Shown here: in pieces, positions 8,833 to 16,711 of the stretch
Layout of the letters: each line of letters starts with the position of its first letter
Numbering within the stretch: the first letter of the stretch is position 1
DNA from: a virus
Virus record (IMG/VR): IMGVR_UViG_3300034031_000030
Span: 1-58,438 of that record
DNA: 58,438 nt
Reading direction: 5' to 3' (one strand)
Translations under genes and position numbers: made by a program
Notes under the pieces: generated by a model
Seen by the model: the letters and a program-made list of their open reading frames with translations, nothing else
Told to the model about the DNA's origin: nothing
Database searches by the model: none

Positions 8833-9564
8833 ATGCCCGAGATGCAGCCCCTACTTTTTCCTGAAGTCCCCCAGCCCGAAGAGCTGATCGATGCTCTTTA
8901 CGACGACGCCGAGTTTCGAGAGTGCGCTATCCAGGCCGCGCGCGACGGCGAGGTGGATGGCTACAACGACCTGATCGGCGGATTCCGCCGCAAGAGCCAT
9001 CGCGGCAGCCGGGCTGAAGAGCAAACGCTGCAGTACCTTGGACAGCGTTTGACGCCGATTGGCTTTGAGTGGGAAGAAGTGACCAACCAGGCACGCTTTC
9101 TTTGCGCGGATCGCTTTGGCAACCCGGTGCGTCTCATCCATTGCCGCGGTGAAATGCTTCTTGGAGTCGATGATAAGCCGTTTTTTCGCATCGGCAAAAA
9201 AGGGGAGCGTACCGAAGAACTGGTCGATGAAAACCAGAGCCAGTTGGAACTGTTTCAACATCTGGCCACCACGGTCGGAACGCTGCAGGAGCCGATCGAG
9301 GATCTCGTTTATAACGTATGGCTGATCGTCGATGCCAACGTTAAAGGCCAGATTTCTATTTACCTGGCTCACGCCACGGAACTGCACAGCAATTGGCGGC
9401 AGGGTGGGGCAGACAAGTACAAGATGAATTTGATTTGCCCGCACGTCCGTCTCCTCTGGGCAGGCTCGCTGCTTGAGCAGAAACCGAAGGTCGATGATCG
9501 ACCGGAAGCTGCACCGACCGAAGAGCAATTCCTGGAAGAACGTTCCGAAGAATCGGCTGCTTAA
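8833..9564 (+). CDS. Hypothetical acidic protein, the upstream partner of the HTH-ImmA gene
   Basis: GAGGA RBS then ATG. No recognisable motif. Confidence 0.55.
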   Translation: MPEMQPLLFPEVPQPEELIDALYDDAEFRECAIQAARDGEVDGYNDLIGGFRRKSHRGSRAEEQTLQYLGQRLTPIGFEWEEVTNQARFLCADRFGNPVRLIHCRGEMLLGVDDKPFFRIGKKGERTEELVDENQSQLELFQHLATTVGTLQEPIEDLVYNVWLIVDANVKGQISIYLAHATELHSNWRQGGADKYKMNLICPHVRLLWAGSLLEQKPKVDDRPEAAPTEEQFLEERSEESAA

Positions 9565-9659
9565 ATGTAGCGGCTTCTCAAAAACGATTGCTCAAAGGCA
9601 TCGGCTGCGAAACAGCGAGTGCCTGAACACGATTTCTATCCCATGCCAAGAAAGGCGCT

Positions 9660-10844
9660 ATGAGCGTAATTTCTGACCGACAACGCAAAAAGGGTTCTCC
9701 GCGCCATTTTTCGCCAACGCGGTTGACTGTGGCGCGTGAGCGGCGCGGCCTGAACAAGAAGACTCTGGCCGATCTTGTGGGCCTGACGCCAGACGCTATC
9801 ACGAAATTTGAGGCCGATCAGTGCCAACCGCTGCCCGAAACACTGCAGCGCTTTAGTTTTGCGCTGCAGTTTCCGCTCGGCTGGTTCAGCGCCAGCGAGA
9901 TCGATTTGCTCGACCCGAAGAGTCTGAGCTTCCGCTCCCGGAGGTCGATGACAGCGGAGATCCGGGGCAAGGCAACGCGGGCAGGGGATATCGCCGTCAG
10001 TGTCATCACGCCCGAGCTGCACCGGCGCTTCGTTCTGCCCGATCCCGCGGTTCCTGACTTGTCCGACTTCGGACCGGAGCACGCCGCTGAGTTATTGCGC
10101 CGCGAGTGGAAGCTGGGAGCCGGTCCCATCGAAAACATGGTTCACCTGCTCGAAGCTAAAGGCGTTCATACCTACTGGATGCGCGAAGAATCTCCGTTGC
10201 TTAATGCCTGGTCGATGTGGCACGGAGAGCGGCCCTTCGTGATGCTCAACATCTTCAACAACGCCGGCTGCCGGGCTCGCTTCGACGCCGCGCATGAACT
10301 CGCACATCTCGTGCTACACCGCGACTCTGTTGTGGAAGGTTTGCAGATGGAAAACGAGGCGAATCTCTTTGCAGCTGCTTTTCTTCTTCCTGAAGATCAG
10401 TTCCGCTATGAATGCCCGAAATACCCGATCCTGCACGCCTTCTATCCACTTAAAGGCCGCTGGGGCGTTTCGATCCAGGCGATGATTATGCGCTGCAAGT
10501 CGCTGGGTATCTTCAGCGATTGGGACACGCGCCGCGCGTTTCAGGAAATCACCTCCCGTGGCTGGAAGAAAGCAGAGCCAAAAGAACTGGCGATCAAGCG
10601 CGAAGAATCCCGTTTGCAAAAAATGATTGCGACCAGGCTCGAAGCGAAAAACATCAATGCTTCAGGACTGGCCAAAGAGCTTCACATTACTTCTGCCGAT
10701 TTGCTCGACCAAATGCCGTTTCTCGAACCATACGTTGAGCCGCAGCAAAAAGAAGTGACCAAAAGCGAAGGCAGTGAAGATCATGCAATCCAGCAGACTG
10801 AGGAGAAGCGTTCAAAGGCCACCCATTTGCGTCTACTTGCCTGA
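9660..10844 (+). CDS. Fused XRE-family HTH / ImmA-IrrE (M78, COG2856) zinc metallopeptidase
   Basis: N-terminal HTH (LTVARERRGLNKKTLADLVGLTPDAITKFE). HEXXH motif in FDAAHELAHLVLH. An additional ~110-aa C-terminal region follows. Confidence 0.85.
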   Translation: MSVISDRQRKKGSPRHFSPTRLTVARERRGLNKKTLADLVGLTPDAITKFEADQCQPLPETLQRFSFALQFPLGWFSASEIDLLDPKSLSFRSRRSMTAEIRGKATRAGDIAVSVITPELHRRFVLPDPAVPDLSDFGPEHAAELLRREWKLGAGPIENMVHLLEAKGVHTYWMREESPLLNAWSMWHGERPFVMLNIFNNAGCRARFDAAHELAHLVLHRDSVVEGLQMENEANLFAAAFLLPEDQFRYECPKYPILHAFYPLKGRWGVSIQAMIMRCKSLGIFSDWDTRRAFQEITSRGWKKAEPKELAIKREESRLQKMIATRLEAKNINASGLAKELHITSADLLDQMPFLEPYVEPQQKEVTKSEGSEDHAIQQTEEKRSKATHLRLLA

Positions 10845-10874
10845 GAGATGTCTGGTTTAATTGAACGCGAAAAA

Positions 10875-10915
10875 GAGTACGGTCGAATTCGACTCATCGA
10901 CGATCGACCGTACTC
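10875..10915. terminator. Class I palindromic element with an expanded loop
   Basis: GAGTACGGTCGAATTCGA-ctcatcgacga-TCGACCGTACTC, flanked by an A-run and followed by a T-run. Confidence 0.55.
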
Positions 10916-10971
10916 CCGCAGTTTTTTATTCCCGCAGTTCTGAGTCGATTTTTCTTAAATATCGATGATTG

Positions 10972-11002
10972 TGTTACATACGATAATACACATTATGTAA
11001 CA
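10972..11002. promoter_or_regulatory. Inverted repeat TGTTACATA-N13-TATGTAACA in an AT-rich intergenic region (operator candidate)
   Basis: 9-bp perfect arms read directly, upstream of the 11192 gene. Confidence 0.35.
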
Positions 11003-11191
11003 AACAACTGTAATTCTGGCAATAAGTTAGCGATTAAATAAAAAGGGAGCCAGCCCCCTGGGCCGACCCCCTCGCAACTGAGGTGCAAGCATACCACTCC
11101 CCGTTTCACAGCAGGGACAATAATTTAGCAAATAGATGGAATGGCTTCGGCTATATCTATAGTTATGACACTAACTTAGCAAGGAGTTGCA

Positions 11192-11635
11192 ATGTCGGAT
11201 TGGAAAGAACGATTGAACGGATTTATGCAAGAGACGGAACAGGCCAAGGCTGCTAAGCAGGAGAAAGTTGCAGCAGCCGAACGCTCCATAGCCGTATTTG
11301 TCGATCGGACCGCTGTTCCCGCTTTGGCAGCCTTCAGGGACGAACTGGAACGACATGGACGCGAATCAGTGGTCTTCGCAGAGCGTGGTCGGCCACGCAT
11401 CGAGGTCAAGAAAGATGGAAGGCTGGAGTTTGAGGCGAGAATTGAGTGCTATGTGGTCGATACAGACGCTCGGATCAGCCTCAAAGTGAGCCGGGGCAAA
11501 AGCCCTGGCTATAACGAGAAAACCACAGACCTTCGGGAGCATAATTCTCAGGGCGGCTCGCTGGAAGAATTCCCCATCGATGACGTGCTCAATGCGCTTC
11601 TCGAAGCCTACATCTCGACGGCGCCCAAGCAATAA
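11192..11635 (+). CDS. Hypothetical protein (moron-like, with its own upstream AT-rich region and terminator)
   Basis: AAGGAG RBS 6 nt before the ATG. Followed by a class I hairpin. Confidence 0.6.
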   Translation: MSDWKERLNGFMQETEQAKAAKQEKVAAAERSIAVFVDRTAVPALAAFRDELERHGRESVVFAERGRPRIEVKKDGRLEFEARIECYVVDTDARISLKVSRGKSPGYNEKTTDLREHNSQGGSLEEFPIDDVLNALLEAYISTAPKQ

Positions 11636-11640
11636 CACCT

Positions 11641-11675
11641 AAAAGAGTACGGTCGAATCCGACCGTACTCTTTTT
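11641..11675. terminator. Class I palindromic element; bidirectional terminator candidate
   Basis: AAAAGAGTACGGTCGAATCCGACCGTACTCTTTTT lies between convergent genes. Confidence 0.7.
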
Positions 11676-11711
11676 ATTTCGGTTTCGGGATGACGAAAGG
11701 TGCGTTAGCGA

Positions 11712-11903
11712 TTAAATGACTTTGGGCGTGATCCAGCCCGGCTGCTGTCGCACCTCAAGGATTTGCTCGAATGTAGGATCTTCCATATTCCACCCGCGCT
11801 CTTCAAAGTAGGCGCGTGTGAACGCGTCGCGTGCTTTGACTACAACAGCGATATCGGGAGTGGACTGAGCAATGAGCGCGTCTCTGATTTGTTCTGTTGT
11901 CAT
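11712..11903 (-). CDS. Hypothetical small protein
   Basis: ATG at 11903 is preceded by AGGAA. Last gene of the minus-strand small-gene operon. Confidence 0.5.
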   Translation of the reverse strand: MTTEQIRDALIAQSTPDIAVVVKARDAFTRAYFEERGWNMEDPTFEQILEVRQQPGWITPKVI

Positions 11904-11946
11904 CGATATTCCTGTTTCGCCGGTTTTTATTCCAAAATGGCGATTT

Positions 11947-12177
11947 TTATTCACCTTCTGGCACGACCGTCACGAAAACCTCCAAGTAGTTTCCATTGGG
12001 GCCTATGACGACCGCGTACTCAACATTTCGGACTCGATACGATCGCCGGGCGTAAGACGTTGTTGTGACGAAGTGCCTCTCTGGTATCGTCACCGTCTCG
12101 CAGATTCGCGGCACGGCGTCTGAATGGACACGAATTAGCGTGTCCCCTAATTCGTTGACGAAATAAATCGAGTTCAC
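11947..12177 (-). CDS. Hypothetical small protein
   Basis: GTG at 12177 overlaps the upstream stop (GTGA). The upstream extension of the ORF looks non-coding (Arg/His/Cys-rich). Confidence 0.45.
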   Translation of the reverse strand: MNSIYFVNELGDTLIRVHSDAVPRICETVTIPERHFVTTTSYARRSYRVRNVEYAVVIGPNGNYLEVFVTVVPEGE

Positions 12178-12386
12178 TGGCCACTCCCGTCGGTTCGGTT
12201 GCGGAGCTGCTTCATCACCCGATCGACGTAGCGATGGGCGAGAAGTGTCCCGCCGCCCTGGATGCCGATGATGCACAGAAAAACGATGATGCCCGCAGCC
12301 GCACCGTTCTCGATGACATTTAGCACGCCGGCTAAGACTGCAGAGAACACGGTGCCTATGCCCGCTTGTCTGTATAGTGAGTTCAT
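12174..12386 (-). CDS. Small membrane protein
   Basis: ATGA coupling. Hydrophobic stretches GIGTVFSAVLAGVL and AAAGIIVFLCIIGI. Confidence 0.55.
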   Translation of the reverse strand: MNSLYRQAGIGTVFSAVLAGVLNVIENGAAAGIIVFLCIIGIQGGGTLLAHRYVDRVMKQLRNRTDGSGQ

Positions 12387-12583
12387 CGTCCATCCTTTGG
12401 TGGAATTGGGCTGAAGAAATTTCCGATCAAAACGAGTGCGGGCCACATCAAAGCAGCAGTAACGAATTGCCACCATCCCCATCCATGCACATAAACGGCA
12501 TACAGGTTTATGAGGGTGAAGAAACATACCGCGTGAACCTGAACGTCATTGGTTTGAAGCATGGCTCGCAGCTTGTCTCTCAT
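12383..12583 (-). CDS. Small membrane protein
   Basis: ATGA coupling on both sides. Hydrophobic stretches VCFFTLINLYAVYV and FVTAALMWPALVLIGNFF. Confidence 0.55.
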   Translation of the reverse strand: MRDKLRAMLQTNDVQVHAVCFFTLINLYAVYVHGWGWWQFVTAALMWPALVLIGNFFSPIPPKDGR

Positions 12584-12816
12584 GCAGGTGTCCGCTTCGC
12601 AACGACCTTCGTAGGTGTCAGCGTCATTATCGTATCGTCGTCGCGCGTTGGGTCTTGGATCTCGCCGCTTTCGATCCGTTCGGCCAATAACGTTCTCACG
12701 ATATTTTCTTCGTCGAGCCACAGCTCGACACCGTGGCTGCGCAGCACAGCTTTCACGGCGCCGTAATCCATCCTGGCCACTCTGGCCTTCATATCTACAA
12801 ATTCACCGTTCGACAT
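12580..12816 (-). CDS. Hypothetical small protein
   Basis: GGAGA RBS before the ATG at 12816. Confidence 0.5.
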   Translation of the reverse strand: MSNGEFVDMKARVARMDYGAVKAVLRSHGVELWLDEENIVRTLLAERIESGEIQDPTRDDDTIMTLTPTKVVAKRTPA

Positions 12817-12833
12817 TAGATTTCTCCATCGGG

Positions 12834-13034
12834 CTATAAGGTGTCTTCTGCATTCCCTTTTCTCAGCAACAGCATGATGGCGTGAAGAGAGTGCGCAATG
12901 CTTATTTGTGCGGCGGCACAAAGCTGTGGAGAGTTGTGACTATAATTGTCAGAATTTTTTCTGATCCGATGATTTAAGTCTTTCATCGCTTCATCCGCCT
13001 TCTCTACAGCTTCCTTTGTTCCGATGTACGGCAT
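12834..13034 (-). CDS. Hypothetical small protein
   Basis: GGGGAGAG RBS before the ATG at 13034. Confidence 0.5.
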   Translation of the reverse strand: MPYIGTKEAVEKADEAMKDLNHRIRKNSDNYSHNSPQLCAAAQISIAHSLHAIMLLLRKGNAEDTL

Positions 13035-13046
13035 CTCAACTCTCCC

Positions 13047-13457
13047 CTAGTCGCCGCCGGCGACTTTTTCCTCGATGGAAATTCCCAGGAAACTCTCGGG
13101 CCCACGCAACGCGCTTTGTGCTGGCCACTGATAGGAGCCGCCAAGTTTCTTCTCGATCTCGCCGATCATGTAATCCCAACCAGGCCGCTCGTGCTTCAAT
13201 TTCCAGAGTGCGAGAGAAATCACCTGCCGGTCTGATTCGTCGAGAACCACACCAGTGTGAGCAGCATGGCTCCAGGTGGCCGTTGCCAAGTAATCGAATG
13301 TCCGTGGAACAACATCGACTTGAACCTCGATGCCGTCGGCGACACCAGATTCCTGCAGCATTGGCATTAAGGCGGCGGCTGCCGCTGCCTCTTGGCCACG
13401 GAGGAGCACGTCGGCGATTGAAACGGAAGTGGAGATTGAGGATTTGACATCGATCAT
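13047..13457 (-). CDS. Hypothetical protein, first gene of the minus-strand small-gene operon
   Basis: ORF with plausible composition. A divergent control region lies upstream. Confidence 0.6.
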   Translation of the reverse strand: MIDVKSSISTSVSIADVLLRGQEAAAAAALMPMLQESGVADGIEVQVDVVPRTFDYLATATWSHAAHTGVVLDESDRQVISLALWKLKHERPGWDYMIGEIEKKLGGSYQWPAQSALRGPESFLGISIEEKVAGGD

Positions 13458-13563
13458 GGGTGCCTTCTGTTGTTGATGAATAACATTACTTGGGTACGTA
13501 CTTGATGTATGTACTTGATTGTTTGCTGTTTTAGAAAAGCCCCTTTTCGTTTTAGAACGATCC

Positions 13564-13601
13564 TTTTTCGATTCAGAAAAGGGGCTTGCTGAATCGAAAA
13601 A
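13564..13601. promoter_or_regulatory. 13-bp-stem hairpin TTTTTCGATTCAG / CTGAATCGAAAAA nested with alternative pairings
   Basis: Read directly. Its loop AAAAGGGGCTT can instead pair with 13536-13547 or 13598-13609. Confidence 0.5.
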
Positions 13602-13669
13602 GCCCGTTTCGATTTAAATCACATTGAATTCTGCGAAAACAACCATTCTCATAGATTTCGATTACCTCG

Positions 13670-13695
13670 AAGTACGGTCGAAATCGACCGCACTT
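13670..13695. terminator. Class I palindromic element
   Basis: AAGTACGGTCGAAATCGACCGCACTT followed by TTTGC. Confidence 0.5.
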
Positions 13696-13728
13696 TTGCT
13701 GCTGCACCAAGATCGTCATAATTGGCTC

Positions 13729-14103
13729 ATGGCTAATTATGGACAGTGCAATAAGTGTGGCGAAAGTAACCCTTATACGGCGGTTATTTGTAAAGGATGC
13801 AATTCGCGTCTTCCATGGGCACAAGCAGCTAAAACCGCACAACAGATCGGGAATGCCCCGACGCGCCCGTTGCCCCCAACACAGCCGACCGCTCCCCTTC
13901 CATCACAACCTCCAGTTTCTGTCCCGTCAATTTTTGCGTCACGCGCTCATAAATCGGAGGAAAGAACGCCCGTTGTCGTTCAGCAAGGAGGCTGTCTTTC
14001 CGGGCTAGGTATGGGTATGGGAGCTGGCGTCGGCTGCTGCTGCCTCGCGCCGATCCTGCTCTTCGTCTCATTCGTCCTTCTTGCAGCTATTGGTGCCCGA
14101 TGA
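13729..14103 (+). CDS. Zinc-ribbon protein with a Pro-rich linker and a C-terminal transmembrane anchor
   Basis: CNKCG...CKGCN. PTRPLPPTQPTAPLPSQPP linker. C-terminal GVGCCCLAPILLFVSFVLLAAIG. Confidence 0.6.
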   Translation: MANYGQCNKCGESNPYTAVICKGCNSRLPWAQAAKTAQQIGNAPTRPLPPTQPTAPLPSQPPVSVPSIFASRAHKSEERTPVVVQQGGCLSGLGMGMGAGVGCCCLAPILLFVSFVLLAAIGAR

Positions 14104-14130
14104 AAGTACGGTCGAAATCGACCGTACTTT
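14103..14130. terminator. Class I palindromic element
   Basis: AAAGTACGGTCGAAATCGACCGTACTTT overlaps the stop codon of 13729..14103, between convergent genes. Confidence 0.65.
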
Positions 14131-14158
14131 CGGTCTGTGCGTCTATTTAGCAGCCACT

Positions 14159-14518
14159 TCATTCACCGCACATTTGATGCAAAATGGTGGCATAGTCACC
14201 TTGGTCCCCACTTGCTGCACCGACAAGCGGCAATAATTGGTTGAGCAGCCTGAGAAGACTTGGCAGCGTTTTGACCGTCATCGGTGGGAGAGCTGTACCA
14301 GCGCCTTTACAAAGAACAAGGTAGTTCGCCCGTCCCACAAGTTCGGGAACCGTGCCGTCTTCCGGTTTGCGTAAGTAAACCTCGATAACCACTCCCATCT
14401 GTGAGCCAAACGTAAAGCTAGGCTTCTCTTCGATTCCCTGAAACTCAACAGCTTGCTTCAGGTTTGTCTTCTTTGTTCGGTAGGCAACTGGAACTTTTTC
14501 GAAATCGTAATAGAGCAT
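14159..14518 (-). CDS. Hypothetical protein, last gene of the maintenance operon
   Basis: ORF lies 19 nt downstream of the rep-like gene. Confidence 0.6.
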   Translation of the reverse strand: MLYYDFEKVPVAYRTKKTNLKQAVEFQGIEEKPSFTFGSQMGVVIEVYLRKPEDGTVPELVGRANYLVLCKGAGTALPPMTVKTLPSLLRLLNQLLPLVGAASGDQGDYATILHQMCGE

Positions 14519-14537
14519 TCGTCTCCTTTTTATTTTG

Positions 14538-16520
14538 TTAGGCTACGCGTCGTGCTGCACCAGTTTCATTTTCGAGTGCAGCCATTTCTGCAATTCGCTG
14601 GTCGATCGCTGCCGGGTCTTCCTCGTAGGCGATAGCACGCATTTCTTCGCGCGTCTTCTTTTCAACGGCTTCGCTGTCTGGATTGCGACGGACACGATCG
14701 CGCCAGAAGTCATCTGCAGTCATTCGCGCGAGAGCATCGCATTCGTAAGTCTCGCGCTCATCTTCGCTGAGATTAGCGATATACCAGTCACACGCGGTAT
14801 CCATACGCTTTTGATCGAGGCTGATTGCAGCATCTCCCAGGCGTGCTGATTCAGTCTTAGGCTGTGCCTGTTTGCGCTGTAAGGCCTGCTGTGCCGCTTT
14901 TTCCCGTTCTTCCTCTGGTTGGTTCAGGTAAGCCTCTCGCTGCACGTCCGCGACGATTTCTCGTACCCAGGTGTCTGGAGGCTCTTGTTGGTGCAGTATG
15001 CGAGTGATGAGTGCCCCGGCCGGTGTGAGGTTTTTCTCGCTTGGATCACGACGGCGATTGTACTCGTCGCAGTACTCCTGTTTGGATTCTGGCCAGTGGT
15101 GCCAGAAAACCAATTGCCATCGCGCGTTCATCGCATACCCTTCGACGATCTGTTTCATTTTTGCCGACTGGCGCCCGATGCCAAGTCGGCCCAGCCGCGC
15201 ACGGAGCGCCTGGTCAGACAATCCCGCCTCGCTCCAGGTAGCAGCGCGCCGCCGGGCCATTTCTAGTGTGAGAACTTCAGGCGCTAGCTCATAAAGTCGA
15301 GTGGCGAGAAATTCTATTGTCGGTGACGTTTCACCTGGATCACTTGTAATTACCGCAGGCAAGGCGCCTTCGTCTTCTTCATATCGAGGTGGGCGCGGTG
15401 AACGTGGTTCATGTGACGATTGTGGAAAGGGTGGTAGGGTTGCGCTATCAGGCGTGGATACAGATTCATTAGAATCCACAACAACAGCAAGGGGGGCCTG
15501 GTGTTGTTTATGAGAAACTTCGTTTTCTGTACCACTCTTTTGTACAGATGATAATGAGGTCAAATCTACCCCACATACGAGGTCATTTTGACCCTGTATG
15601 TCAGGGATGACTGCCCCCACCCCCTGTAAATCTGCCCCCACCTCCGGTTCTCCAGTTCCTTGAAATACCGGGGCGGGGGAAATTTGACCCCGCCCCCGTT
15701 CTATGGCCCGCCGCACGTCAGATTTTTCGTAATGTTTGCGCCCTGGAATCCACCCGTCTTCGGTTAATTCTTTGATTTTCTGAGCATGACGTTGCTGATA
15801 CTCCTCCAGCAATTCCTGCTCGCGCGCATCACCGAGGGCATTGCCAGAAAGGCGTGCTTCCCAGCGCTCGTTTTGCACCTGGTCGAGCGCTTCCTGATAG
15901 AGCCCCGTCAATGGATCGAGCACTTCGCTAACGACGTGATACCAATTGACGTTATCGCCCTTTTCAGTGTTAAGGTCTGCCGTCCAGATCACACCTTGCT
16001 TCCGGCAGCTCCCCAACTTCTTCTTGTAGGTTTCCCGATGAATGTGCCGCAGCTTTCCTGACCACGGATTGAACATCAAGCCTGGTGGAATTCGGACGTA
16101 AAGCCGATCTTCAAATTTTTTAAATTTGAATTCAAGATCTAACAACAGGTCGCGGTAAGGATGGTTGCGCCAATAAACAATCTGCTGAATGATGTCTGCT
16201 TCGTCATCACCGAAGACTGCCTTTAGCCCCGGCTGGACTTGCATAAAAGGTTCGTTTAGCACCAGGCTATTTTGAGAATTATTGAACTGCCTTTCCCGTG
16301 GATGTGGAATCGGTGTCATGCCGTCCCCTTTGTTCCGATCACTTTGATACTGTTTAAAAAATGGCCGTTCAAGATCCCGTGTAGGGCCACTGAAACTTGG
16401 GGTGCCAACAGAATCAGAAGGGATGCCAGAAATGGCCGGCGTGAGGCCCGACCGCCCATGTTGGAAGAGCGATGCGCAAGCAGCAGCAACGACGCGAAGC
16501 GACGACGCGAAAGAAAACAT
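14538..16520 (-). CDS. Large hypothetical protein; candidate replication initiator by position only
   Basis: A 660-codon ORF downstream of parAB. It has two structured halves joined by a low-complexity linker whose DNA (15555-15700) is dense in short repeats. The start is uncertain (alternative Met at residue 67). Confidence 0.4.
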   Translation of the reverse strand: MFSFASSLRVVAAACASLFQHGRSGLTPAISGIPSDSVGTPSFSGPTRDLERPFFKQYQSDRNKGDGMTPIPHPRERQFNNSQNSLVLNEPFMQVQPGLKAVFGDDEADIIQQIVYWRNHPYRDLLLDLEFKFKKFEDRLYVRIPPGLMFNPWSGKLRHIHRETYKKKLGSCRKQGVIWTADLNTEKGDNVNWYHVVSEVLDPLTGLYQEALDQVQNERWEARLSGNALGDAREQELLEEYQQRHAQKIKELTEDGWIPGRKHYEKSDVRRAIERGRGQISPAPVFQGTGEPEVGADLQGVGAVIPDIQGQNDLVCGVDLTSLSSVQKSGTENEVSHKQHQAPLAVVVDSNESVSTPDSATLPPFPQSSHEPRSPRPPRYEEDEGALPAVITSDPGETSPTIEFLATRLYELAPEVLTLEMARRRAATWSEAGLSDQALRARLGRLGIGRQSAKMKQIVEGYAMNARWQLVFWHHWPESKQEYCDEYNRRRDPSEKNLTPAGALITRILHQQEPPDTWVREIVADVQREAYLNQPEEEREKAAQQALQRKQAQPKTESARLGDAAISLDQKRMDTACDWYIANLSEDERETYECDALARMTADDFWRDRVRRNPDSEAVEKKTREEMRAIAYEEDPAAIDQRIAEMAALENETGAARRVA

Positions 16521-16711
16521 GGCCTATGGAATACAGGTTTGCCCTTGTTGAATTGTAAATTTATTGCTGAAATCATATTGAATTCCCTGCTGGATTCGAT
16601 AAAAAGCCGCGCAACCGCCTTCTCGAAAATTGTGGATGCGTGGCTTTTTATTTTATCGACCAATTTCCCTTTGTACAGACACCCTTTGAAAATGCAAAGT
16701 ACTTAACAGTT

